Positions 1 through 10,530 of a stretch of 64,000 bases of DNA are shown piece after piece. The DNA is from Neoechinorhynchus agilis (Eukaryota; Animalia; Acanthocephala). The translations under genes and the position numbers were made by a program. How positions within the stretch are numbered: the stretch's first letter is position 1; each line of letters begins with the position of its first letter. The notes beneath the pieces are model-generated. The model saw nothing but the letters and a program-made list of their open reading frames with translations, did no database searches and was not told where the DNA came from. The stretch spans positions 7,130,021 to 7,194,020 of the forward strand of contig CM121343.1 of NCBI GenBank assembly GCA_051530055.1, read 5' to 3'.

Positions 1-195
1 CAACCTCCAAAACGAGGCAGACCTCGCAAAAAACGGAAGAACCTTCTAGAGGGGGCCTATGTAGTGACCATCGACGACGTCATAAGGTTCATGTTAACGT
101 TTTCCGTGTTATGTTGAATAAAAAACTATTTTTGTGTGGTGAGTAGATTTTTCGATCTACTGATGCCAGCTACCGCATCTCTAACTTTATGGTGG
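1..195 (+). mobile_element. Ty3/Gypsy 3' end: integrase tail, polypurine tract and start of 3' LTR (truncated)
   Basis: Reverse complement of 15800-16001, which is the end of the integrase ORF. AGAGGGGGCCTA PPT (48-59) is followed by TGTAGTGAC (LTR start, 60). Confidence 0.8.
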
Positions 196-1371
196 AACAG
201 GACCCATGTACTTTTGGGTCCTCATAAACACTCGAATTTTAATTGGAAAATGAAATCAGATATTGACTTTTGGAGTGGATTACGAGTCCGGGCGGGTGAG
301 AATATGCGGTCGGGTTGGGTACGTTCAGGTGGAAATTGATGGTTATTGTTTGCAGGAGCGCTTGTGAGGTCGGGTCTTTCCTCGGAATCATTTCAGGTTA
401 CAATATCCGAGAAGATTGGCCAGCATGGAAAAAGGAGCGTAGATCTAGGAAGGTGCGAGGTATAGGAAGGTGCGAAAACGAATTAGGATTACGAGTGTTG
501 TGCTCGTGTGAAAATGGGCCGATATATGGTAGAAATTGTGGCGCTAAGGTTGATAGGCGTTTTGTTTGTTTTAACAAAATAGTATCAAGACATTCGGTGA
601 AAAGGGGAAGTCAGCTGTGCAAATTTTAGATGCTCTTTTATGAGGAATTTCAAGACGGCGGATTAGAGACTGGGATAGGTTGCAAAAGATGGAATAACCG
701 TAGATGAGGGAGCGTAAAAACAAGCGGAAGTAAAATTTGTAGAGATCGGGTGAATGGATTGCTACATGTCGGAGTCGTTTGAGGAGATAAATTTTAAAGG
801 TGTTGTGCTTGAGGGATAGAGTGATGTGCGAGTCGCATCTTAAGATTGATTAAAATTGTAGACCCAGAATTCCTAGGGAAGTAACTCGTAGCATGTAATT
901 TGGAAGCTTGGAGAAGGATGTGGGGTTGTGGGAGGGTGAAGGGATCATTTCGATGCATTTAAAAAAATTCAGGTGAAGTTTGTGATTGGTGCAGAAATCT
1001 TTTATATAGGTGATTTCGTTAGAGGTTAAGGAGACGGGGAGGTGGGGTGGTGTATGTGTGATGAGGGTGAGATCGTCGGCGTATGAGAAGAGTTTAGAGT
1101 GAGATCGGTTGCAGAAAATTTGGGCCCCAAGCCAAATTGTGGGGCGATGATTTGTCGTTGATGCCGTTGAAGGCGGGATTAAAAACATTTTTCGATGATT
1201 TTTGAAAGAGCGGGTTGAATCGATATTGGACGGAATGATTCGGTGGAAATCGGATGTCTATCTTTTGGAATAAAGATGACTTTAGCAGTTTTTTTAGGAA
1301 TGAGGGGTAGATGTCATATTAAAGGCTGCGATTTATCATGGGGCGAGAGGGTCGATAAGTTCGGGGATGAT
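196..1371 (-). mobile_element. Degenerate non-LTR retrotransposon (LINE) RT fragment with 3' end
   Basis: ORF 850-1188 has YADDLTL. The sequence is an inverted copy of ~15090-15800 plus ~430 bp missing from that copy. It ends in the GGACCC-N10-GGGTCC stem-loop. Confidence 0.85.
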
Positions 1372-1428
1372 CAGATTCGTTGTCAAAACGTAATCTCCGA
1401 AAAGTTTAAAACACGCACACATTATATT

Positions 1429-3028
1429 TCATGTTTCTAAAGGATTTCCATTAACACCGATCAGAATCATGTCTATCTTATGCACTACGAATGAGCCATG
1501 TTTATCTAAATTAAATATTCGTGCTTCCCAATAACCCCTCGGATCTTCGAACCAATTGAGAACCGACGTAAACGGCTGATACATAAATCCTTTCACTCTA
1601 TCCTCGTCAAGAGGCCGAATATCCAACATTTCCACACTGTTATTGGTAGGAGACACAAGCACAATTCTTAGTTTGCCCCTTTGTCCAGGATTTGAAAGAA
1701 GAGGATTGATTGTAACATTTAGAATTACATGTTCCAAACTGGTTATCGCGGACGATAATGAATTGCAGGCATTCGTATAAACTCGGAAACGTGCCATAGA
1801 ATCGCTTCGCAGCCAAGTAAAGCCTGATATGCGAACTTTACAGGTATTAGATTTTGGCAGTTTACGGCCTTTCATCGCAATGGCGTTATCCACAAAAGAT
1901 TTGGGATCAAGAATACCAAACCCAAAATATTTACTTACCCAATAACCAGCTCCATTTTTCCACCATCGTCCATGCGTACGCCAATAAGGTTTCATGTTTT
2001 CGTGCTTAACGGACGACATAACTACCAAATACTGGATTTGTCTATAGTCGAGATAGTGATTTGCTTCAAGTCCAAGTGCAATAATGGCCGCTACCATTGG
2101 AACGACGGCTGATGTTCCACCAAAATGTTGACACGTACCATTTAGACCCGCAGTTATTATCCGATTTGAAGAGCCATCGCTGGTATATCCAGTTGTCATA
2201 ATGGCGGCACATTTTTCAGCGTAATACGGGGATGAATGGTTTCTTTGAATGCCAGCCACCGCAATCGCGTAATGGGAGTTCACTTGTCCGTCGACAGCAC
2301 AAGTATCAAACAAATGACCACCATTACCAGAGGCAATAACTAAGGAAGATCCCAAAAGATTACGCCCCAACCTGGCATTGTTAGCAAGTATTATGTTATA
2401 CGCTGGATGAAGTTTCGCAACCGAGCTACCGTCATTCGGCGCGCCAAGGGAAACGCTATAAATATCAATCATTGATTTTATTGTGCAGCGTTGCATTATT
2501 TAGCGATATTAAATTAAAGAACATTAGTCCAATAAAGATTATGCATCGCTGCTCTTTTAAGCCGAAAGTTCCTTCGAGAGGTTCATTTATATCGAAAAGA
2601 ATATCAAGTGATTTATCTATGTTTAAACTGATGATTTTGGAATCATAGGCTATACCTACTCCGCAAATATTGCTGTCAGGATTCGCAGCTATAATTCCGG
2701 CACAGCCATTGCCATGATCATTGAAAACGCTCGAGTCGGGCAATGTAGCTAAGACGCGATCCTTTAAATCAGGATGATCTTGTTCGATACCATAATCGAT
2801 TATACCCACAACGACACCTTTTCCAGTATAACCCTCGTTCCAAACCCTTTCGATATTATATGCCGATCGGTGAAGATACCAGCTATTGGGCCATTCCTCG
2901 ACGTTAACCAGCGATGATGGAGTTGACGCTGATAATGAATAATTGCTCGAATGCGCAAATAAATTTCCGTTTTTCGGTAGATTATAGGCAATGCGTACGG
3001 AGAAAAGGAACAGAAAGATTGTTAACAT
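1429..3028 (-). CDS. Kexin/furin-like S8B proprotein convertase, copy 1 (signal peptide, catalytic domain, P domain; no prodomain); needs removal of 2481-2559
   Basis: ATG at 3028 gives MLTIFLFLFSVRIA. Motifs IIDYG (Asp), DHGNGCAG (His), SGNGG (oxyanion Asn), GTSAVVP (Ser), FGFGILD and a P domain (LEHV..RGKL..LVSP) are present. The two ORFs are out of frame across a 76/79-nt hairpin element. Confidence 0.85.
2481..2559 (-). other. TA-bounded hairpin element interrupting furin-like copy 1 (identical at 12681-12759 and 18210-18288)
   Basis: TAAAA direct repeats 79 nt apart enclose a GCAGCGATGCAT / ATGCAACGCTGC stem. Removal joins FGLK to SMIDIYS. Confidence 0.75.
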
Positions 3029-3084
3029 AATTTAACCGTTATTTGAGTAGTCGTCAACTAGTGTAGAATAGTTTTAGGACTTGG

Positions 3085-3540
3085 TTATGTGCATTTTTAT
3101 ATTTGATGGTTAAAAGTTGCCGTTACAGGTCATTGCTTTTAGGATTTACCTTCACGCATTTTTAGATTTAAAGCCTTTAAGTTGTCGTTTTGACTCGTTG
3201 CCTTTTTGGACTTACCTTCTCGCATTTTTATATTTAGTGGTTGAAAGTTACAGTTTTTATTCATTATTTTTAGTGCTTAATTTCTTTATAGTTGCAGTTT
3301 TGCGTTATTGTCTTTAGGAACCTGACTACCCGCATTTGATGGCTTAAAGTTGTCGTTGTTTCTATGACTTATCTTCTCGCATTTTTACATTTGGTGGTTA
3401 AAAGTTGCCGTTACAGGTCATTGCTTTTAGGATTTACCTTCACGCGTTTTTACATTTAAAGCCTTTAAGTTGTCGTTTTGACTCGTTGCCTTTTTGGACT
3501 TACCTTCTCGCATTTTTACATTTGATGGTTAGGAACGACA
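3085..3540. repeat. Hierarchical minisatellite (~60-bp subunits, ~290-bp higher-order duplication) upstream of the protease; related copies at 12030-12180 (inverted) and 18805-19080
   Basis: Recurring TTACCTTC(T/A)CGCATTTTTA motif. The block at ~3095-3240 recurs at ~3385-3530. Confidence 0.8.
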
Positions 3541-4086
3541 TCGCATTTCTTATTAAAACGTTATAGGAGGAGAATCTAAAGTTGGATATAGGGAGGGATA
3601 CCTACCAATAATTGTTATTTGGGTCGCTTGTCACCCCAATGCAATTCTCGATAAAACTTACTAATAAATTGGTTCAGTGGATATGCCCCGATTTCTAACA
3701 GTTTTCTATATCCTTACAAGGAGAATAGTCTCTTGATAACGCATGCACGAGAATTCGTTTTTGTGGACTATGGCAAGTGTACAAATTTAAAAAGATATTC
3801 CGGTCTCCACCATCGCTATTTATTCGTTGGGCCTCAGACATTTTAGTTTAAATTGCGACGATTTCCGGCGTACGAACCGTTTGTGTTGAGTGTGCAAAAA
3901 CCCCAGAGAATGTCGAGTTTGGGAGAGTTCATCCATGCAAAAATTTTGGAAGCTACGCCATTTGAGAGATGGAAACAAATACTGAACTCGAATCACAGTA
4001 AACCAAAAATCAATAAGACGTATCGTTCCGATTAGCGACTCACACGACCGGAATCCAATGAGCGTACTGATCAATCATCCATATCC

Positions 4087-4165
4087 AGCTTGGGATCCAC
4101 GCATCGTTTCGAAACTAAATCCGCGAGCTTGGGATCCAAGCATCGTTTCGAAAGTAAATCCGCGG
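4087..4165. repeat. 39-bp tandem duplication
   Basis: AGCTTGGGATCCA(C/A)GCATCGTTTCGAAA(C/G)TAAATCCGCG at 4087 and 4126. Confidence 0.9.
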
Positions 4166-4179
4166 CCAAGATAGTTGCT

Positions 4180-4800
4180 TCCTTTATCGGTACATTCGTA
4201 AATAGTGCCGTGAATCTGCCGTCCAAAGGAAGTTGTTGCGAGAATCGTATTTTCCGATTGCTTCAACGAATGATGGGCGATCTTTAACGTATGATGCTGG
4301 AGTTTCCATGTTATCCCGAATTAGTGTGTTAATATCCTTTGCTAACTTGTGGCCAAACGAATAGTAAAACGCAATGATCGGTCTGACCTTCAGAAATGGT
4401 TTGTGGACCTTTGGTAGCAGGTACATGAAACCCATCTCCGCATTAGCAGATCTTATTTTCTCATACCAGTTTTGGGTAATTTTCCCGGCCAATTTTAGAG
4501 CATTCAAGTAACTGTTAAATCCACGCCCTCTCATCGCAGTTGGATCCTTCTTAAGTTCCTGGAATTGCGATATATTCCGTTGTGTTTAGCACGACTAGTG
4601 CTTTCCCTTCGTCCGCTCGACATACTCTTGTAGTTTTGTCCTCCTCCTTTGACATACTGTTCTTATTCCATTTATTCTTATTCTCTCGCATAGCCATTTT
4701 GTCTTAATCAACGATATCACAAAACATGTCGTCTTCCACTCTTATAATTATTGCCTCGGTGTTACATCTAATATCTACGTCCGTGACTCTTGTTGTTGCT
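4180..4800 (-). mobile_element. Penelope-like element, RT N-terminal fragment (degenerate)
   Basis: RADEGKALVVLNTTEY and MYLLPKVHKP..RPII match the PLE ADKG..VV and YGLPKIHK..RPIV motifs. Stops are present. Confidence 0.8.
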
Positions 4801-4809
4801 ATGAAATCC

Positions 4810-5273
4810 GGACCAAGTTGAAGGAAACTTCGTTCGTTCTGGTTCCCTACTATCCGTCAGGACCCAAACTGAGCGGGATATTGAAAGTGAAACCATCACA
4901 GCTTATGGAAAATCGATGCGTGGTACATTCGATACCCTGTAAGGTTTGCGACCAGGTCTATGTTGAACCTACAAAACAAGGGATGCGGAAAAGAGTAGAG
5001 AAACATGAGTATCCGCTACGACGAGGGGACGTGTCGTCAGCTCTATTCAATCACGCTATCAACAACGACCACAGAATCGATGTTGAAAACGCGTGTACAA
5101 GGGTGGCCGAGTGGAACCTAAGGAGCAGGTTGATAAAAGAGGCTCTGCTCATTAATATGGAGGACACAATGGAAGGGAACAAGAGGAGACTTCCGACGAG
5201 GAATCTCCAAGGGCCTTTCGCACAGGGGGTGAAACATCACCTAGGGAATCTACGGTCCCGCGCACCCGAGTAA
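4810..5273 (+). mobile_element. Penelope-like element GIY-YIG endonuclease fragment, inverted relative to the adjacent RT
   Basis: VVHSIPCKVCDQVYVEPT..RKRVEKH..SALFNHAINNDHRID..RLIKEALLI matches the PLE endonuclease pattern. Confidence 0.85.
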
Positions 5274-5780
5274 AGGCTACCAACTCAGGTACCCCCCACT
5301 ACATCCATTCTTAGATGCTTGTTAAGGAGGCTGAGGCCTTGAAAATTCCCAAGGTTGATTTCATTAAAACTCGAGTATGTTACAATTCGACATTGAGAAT
5401 ACACATCCACTCGAAGGAACAATTGGATAGAATCATTCCCGTTAAATGAATTGGAAAGAGTTTTCGTTTTATGAAGACTGTGGATCATGTTTTTACTCGA
5501 GTGTATATTTTCGGCATTGGAATAACGGAATATTGACATTTTTATTGTCCCTCTTTTCTAATTTTAAAACACACCTTCTCTTCGAAAGGTGTATTAAATG
5601 ATATGTTCAAGAATATGTAGTTCAAACCTGGAGTCATCATGAATTTCTAAAGGTTCCACATCATTCGCATTAGCTACTCACACAATTCAAATCTAAAGAG
5701 CGTCACTTAGAATCAAAGGAGGATTTTCTTTAAAACTCCATATTCGTTTTTATTTCTCTGAATTGGCCTTCTTTAGATGC

Positions 5781-6259
5781 CTATAGCCTGCCCATTGAAC
5801 TTTCCTGTGCCTTAGTGGCAAGTTCTATTTCCATTCTTTTAAGCTTCTCGGCGATTCCTTCATGTTTGTCGCTGACAGCCGCTGAGCTTGTTGTTAGCAT
5901 TCTAATTTCGCTTTTTATAAAATTAATCCTGCTTTGAACGTTACTTAGTACTTCATCTTTCTCCTTAGGCACAATCAAGTGCCCGTCTACACATTTGTGA
6001 AAAGAAATAGGCTTTCCAAGGGAAACTAAAAATTTGACGTCAGCTGCAACGGCTTCGTTTTCGATCAACTGGTGCTCTATGACCAAAGAATCATTTGAAA
6101 CAAAAATATCAATCAAATGGTCCTTTGGTTTAATGCTTTATTTTTTGCGGCATTTTGCATAAGCTCACTTCTAAGAGAATCGAATTTAGCTTTAAAGTTT
6201 TTGCACTCCGTGGATATCCTCTGTTGTTCATCAACAAGCTGTGCTGAACTGGACTTCAT
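5781..6259 (-). CDS. PFDN6: Prefoldin subunit 6, two coding segments (6259-6131 and 6077-5781) split by a 53-nt hairpin element
   Basis: The joined protein KFDSLRSELMQNAAKNKAL|EHQLIENEAV..LIVPKEKDEVLSNVQSRINFIKSEI aligns without gaps across the junction with the PFDN6 pattern KYQQLQKDLSKSMSGRQKL|EAQLTENNIV..VLVKQELGEARATVGKRLDYITAEI. Confidence 0.75.
6078..6130 (-). other. TA-bounded hairpin element in PFDN6 (identical copy 19576-19628)
   Basis: TA-A-ACCAAAG..ATTTGA..TCAAAT..CTTTGGT-CA-TA, 53 nt, with 7-bp and 6-bp stems. Confidence 0.75.
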
Positions 6260-6324
6260 GTCTAAAATTTTAGGATAAACAAACAAAGACTCTAATCAAT
6301 GTAAAAATTCAATGAACTAAACGC

Positions 6325-6784
6325 TTATTGTTTTTGGGTTTCCCACATTCGTTTATAGAATGATTCGTTTTTTCTAAGTAAATCTTCATGAAGTCCACTG
6401 TCAGCGATTCGACCCTCACCCATCACGTAGATATTGTCGCAATCCGTAACCGTGGATAACCGATGAGCAATAAAAATAGAAGTCCGTGGTCGATCAATGC
6501 TAGCTGATATCTTTCTTAGTGCTCTAACGATTAGACTTTCAGTCCATGCGTCTAGGTTGGACGTGGCTTCATCATAAATAAATATAGGAGCATCTTTCAA
6601 CAATGCACGAGCTATCGCAATTCGCTGCTTTTCACCACCAGCCAATTTCAACCCTCTTTCGCCTACCAGTGTTTCATAGCCTTTAGACATATTATTTATC
6701 TTGTGGTGGATGGCAGCCGCTCGAGCCGCCTCGTATACTTGCTCGTCGTCTGCGGTCAAATCACCATACTTGATATTGGCATAC
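6325..6784 (-). pseudogene. ABCB7: ABCB7/ATM1-type ABC transporter, last exon only (C-terminal half of the NBD)
   Basis: VGERGLKLAGGEKQRIAIAR, Walker B IYDEATS and AHRLST are present. An AG acceptor lies at 6786-6785. No Walker A or TM exons are recognisable upstream. Confidence 0.75.
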
Positions 6785-7104
6785 CTAGATTCGATCAGGT
6801 AAAAGTCCAATTATCTTAAATGCAATCAGAGAAAACTCAGCTAACACTTGAGCACAATTGACAATTTAAAACAAATATGAACTTTTAAACAAGGACAATA
6901 ACCGTTCTGAGCATCAATTTTTTTGTAGTTGACGAAAATAAATACTTGCTTCAATTGACAATCTTCTGCGGCGAGTACCCTGGCACGCTAATAAAGAAAT
7001 CAAAACATTCTCGTTATTCGTGAATAAATTAACAATGTGGTAGAAAAATGTAGTACCGGTTTTTTTTATCCCATGTCACTTCATTCATCGCGAAAACGAG
7101 ATCA

Positions 7105-7785
7105 GAAAAGAGTAAATGTGTTGAAATCAACAAATTTCTTAAACTCAATGGGGATATTTGTGACTTTTGAAGAGTATTGCGAAGAAAGGGATACAAAGTG
7201 TAAGAAGTTTCCCTTTGGAACTTTCCACGTCTGAAAATTAGAAGGAAGGATGATCCTCGATTTTTGGAAGAAAATATCATTTTTGGGGTTTTATCAAGGG
7301 GGATCATGATCACCACAACTCGAACAATTTTCTGTCGATATGAGAAGTATTAATGGTCATCGAAGATGGGAAAATAGTAAATGTTTTGAAATCAACAAAT
7401 TTCTTAAACACAATGGGGATATTTGTGACTTTTTGAAGAGTATTGCGAAGAAAGAGATCCAAAGTGTAAGAAGTTTCCCTTTGGAACTTTCCTCGTCTGA
7501 AAATTAGAAGGAAGGATGATCCTCGATTTTTGGAAGAAAATATCATTTTTGGGGTTTTACGAAGGGGGATCATGATCACCACAACTCGAACAATTTTCTG
7601 TCGATATGAGAAGTATTAATCGTCATCGAAGATGGGAAAATAGTAAATGTTTTGAAATCAACAAATTTCTTAAACACAATGGGGATATTTGTGACTTTTG
7701 AAGAGTATTGCGAAGAATGGGATCCAAAGTGTAAGAAGTTTCCCTTTGGAACATTCCACGTCTGAAAATTAGAAGGAAGGGTGAT
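7105..7785. repeat. ~266-bp tandem repeat, ~2.6 copies (duplicate at ~20603-21281)
   Basis: GAAATCAACAAATTTCTTAAA at 7123, 7388 and 7654. Confidence 0.95.
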
Positions 7786-8200
7786 CCTCTCCTCGTACCG
7801 AATGCCTAGATACTATTTTGTTAAAACAAACAAAACGCCTATCAACCCTACCGCCACAATTTCTACCATATATCGGCCCATTTTCACACGAGCACAACAC
7901 TCGTAGTCCTAATTCGTTTTCGCACCTTTCTATACTCCTTTTTCCGTGCTGTTCAATCCTTTCGGATACCATAACTTGAAATGAATCTGAGGAAAGACCC
8001 AACCTCACAAGCGCTCCTGACAAGAATAAGCACCAATTCCCACCTGGACGGACCTTGCTTCCCGACCGGATATTCCCACCCGCCCGGACTCGTAATCCAC
8101 TCCAAAATCAATAGCCAATTTCATTTTCCAATTAAAATTCTAGTGTTTGTGAGGACCCAAAAGTACATGGGTCCTGTTCTTTATGCATCAACAAATAAAA
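7786..8200 (+). mobile_element. 5'-truncated LINE 3' end (duplicate at ~21282-21696)
   Basis: Diverged copy of 15410-15800. It ends GGACCCAAAAGTACATGGGTCC..AATAAA. Confidence 0.75.
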
Positions 8201-8499
8201 CTGTTGATTATTATTGCCGGAACGAGGAACCGGGAAAACATCGAATTTGGTTTTGTCAAATGTAAAACAACGTAAAAGTGAAATAATTTTACATCGAGGT
8301 ATGAATTACAGAGGAACGTCGATTATCCGAAGCATCAATTATACCGATCGGAATGCTGTCCTATTCAACTACCGTTGCTCAAGAGAATAAGAGAAGGTGT
8401 GCAATGGTACAGAGAAAATTAAGTCATTATTTTCAACCATAAAGTTAGAGATAAGTAATAGTTTGATGATTGAACTAATAATGCTTGTTTATGGTGTAA

Positions 8500-10530
8500 A
8501 ATGTTAAAGAGTTTATTAATTCCGATATTTTGACACAATTTTGTACCTTTATCAAGGTGTATTCGCACAGTACTAAGATTGAGTTTAAAGTCTCATTCAT
8601 TCCCCAGTCTAAAGATTAAGCCTGGCGAATAAATAAGGCCTCCATTATAGCGCGATTCCATTTTAATTCACTTCGAGCAAAAATGTTGGCATTGTCTATA
8701 CCCATGGCGGTACCTTGTTGCTCAAAGTGGTTAGGTATCGCTGAACTGGAATCGATGCCTCACCTCAGATCATATTTCTGTTCTTTGGTTTTCCTGTGCG
8801 CCTTCAGTGTTCCCAGGAAGTCTACACCCGATGATACTGTGTGCTTATCCGCCGGCATTAAATTTCGGAACATGTTAACGAATGTTCTAGCTGATATATC
8901 AATGTACCCTTTTCTCCGACGAAACAGTAAGGATCACAGTGTCCCTGAGACTGTTGCGCCAATGTGAACATCACACCGCTGCCGTTGACGAGCGACGATA
9001 GAGCCATCGGGACGCCATAGTTCCATTTGTCGGCAATCAGGTGGAAGGTACTCACGACACGAAGAAGTGAACGCGACGCTAAGTCGTCCCCTGAATACTG
9101 TAACCTTTGCCGATTCGATGGTCATAGACCGGACGATGTCACAGTCGTCGAAGTATTTGAGAAAACGTATCCTTTTTAAAAATAGTCCAGTCTCCAAATA
9201 TTGCTTCACATTCTGTATACCACACCAGAACAGCTAGCATGTTATGAAATTTAACGCCGGAGAATAAGCACGCAGTATTATCGGATGTAGAATTCCTGTT
9301 AACACCGAAGACGCTCGAGAATACAGAATATAGAATGGTTTCTGCTGATGTCAAGCCTATTCACAAAAATGCCATTGAATTCAGCGATCAACCTTGCGAT
9401 TCCTATGCTTTTCGCAATGCAGAACCAAATCTGAATAAAAGGAACTATTACACATGTGCACGAGGAACACGAATTTCAATTTCGAAGATAAGAGCTTCGA
9501 TTAAGCTGATGGATTTTGCATGGGGAATCCTCTTGCCCCAGTTCTCGCCGAATTGTTCATGTGCGATTGAGAGGCAAGTATGTTTCCAGCCTACAGTTTA
9601 TCAAATTCTGGCAGAGATACGTAGATGATACTTTTATCTTAATCGACAAATCCAAGGAGACGGAAAAGTTTAGCCGAATGTTGAATTCAAAACACAGCAA
9701 CATTATATTGGCCATCGATTCGGAGAATAGCAATGCGACCCCCATTATGGACGTTTTGATAAAGCGACAAGGAGCAGAGTTTGCAACCATTGCATACAGG
9801 GATATCGGTATACCGACGGACATTGCCCCCTTCATCACAATGGCATCCATTAATTATAAAATTGCCGGAATTAAGTCGCTTTTTTATGGTGCTTACAACT
9901 ATTGCACCAACCAAGATTCCTTCAATAATGAGTTAGAGTTTCTTTGGAAGAAGGAATAGTTGCAGGGCCTTCTATGGAAGGAAAACAGTGTGCCAGGAGC
10001 CGAAACGAAGGGTATTTATAAATGCAACATTCATCGATGATGAATTATTCAATACAATTGGCAATCTGGTTAAAGGAGCTGCGCCCAAGGACCTAGATTG
10101 TTGTATCTACACGAGGAAAGCTAAACCATTAAGCTCCATGGTGAAGAAACGATATGAACATGAAAGCAATTCCCAGCGGAGAATGTAGTAAATCCAATGT
10201 AGGCGAAACAAACAAGTTTGAAAAAATACATCAAAAGACCGAAATATGATCTGAGTAGAGGCATCGATGCCAGTTCAGTGATATCTAACCATTTTGAGCA
10301 ACAAGATACCGTCATGGGTATAGGCAGTGCCAACTTTTTGGCTCGAAGTGAATCCAAATGGAATCGCGTTATAATGGAGGCATTATTTATTCCCCAGGTT
10401 TAATCTTTAGACTGGGGAATGAATGAGACTTAAACTGAATCTTAGCACCGTGTGAATATAATCACTCCCCGTGTGTGTTCGTAGAACTTGATAAAGGCAC
10501 AAAATTGTGTAAAGATATCGGAATTAATAA
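8500..10530 (+). mobile_element. Second Penelope-like element: RT (YVDD) plus GIY-YIG and tail on +, with an inverted partial 3' copy at ~8505-8900 (duplicate at ~21996-24026)
   Basis: WQRYVDDTFILI at 9516-9959, endonuclease remnants at 9990-10403. 8505-8790 is a diverged reverse complement of 10235-10530. 8790-8890 is inverted against 9225-9320. Confidence 0.8.

Noticed and set aside
7029-7582. ORFs of 90-133 aa within the 266-bp repeats (also 20412-21078)
   Set aside because: They are by-products of the repeat unit, with non-ATG starts and no domain signal.
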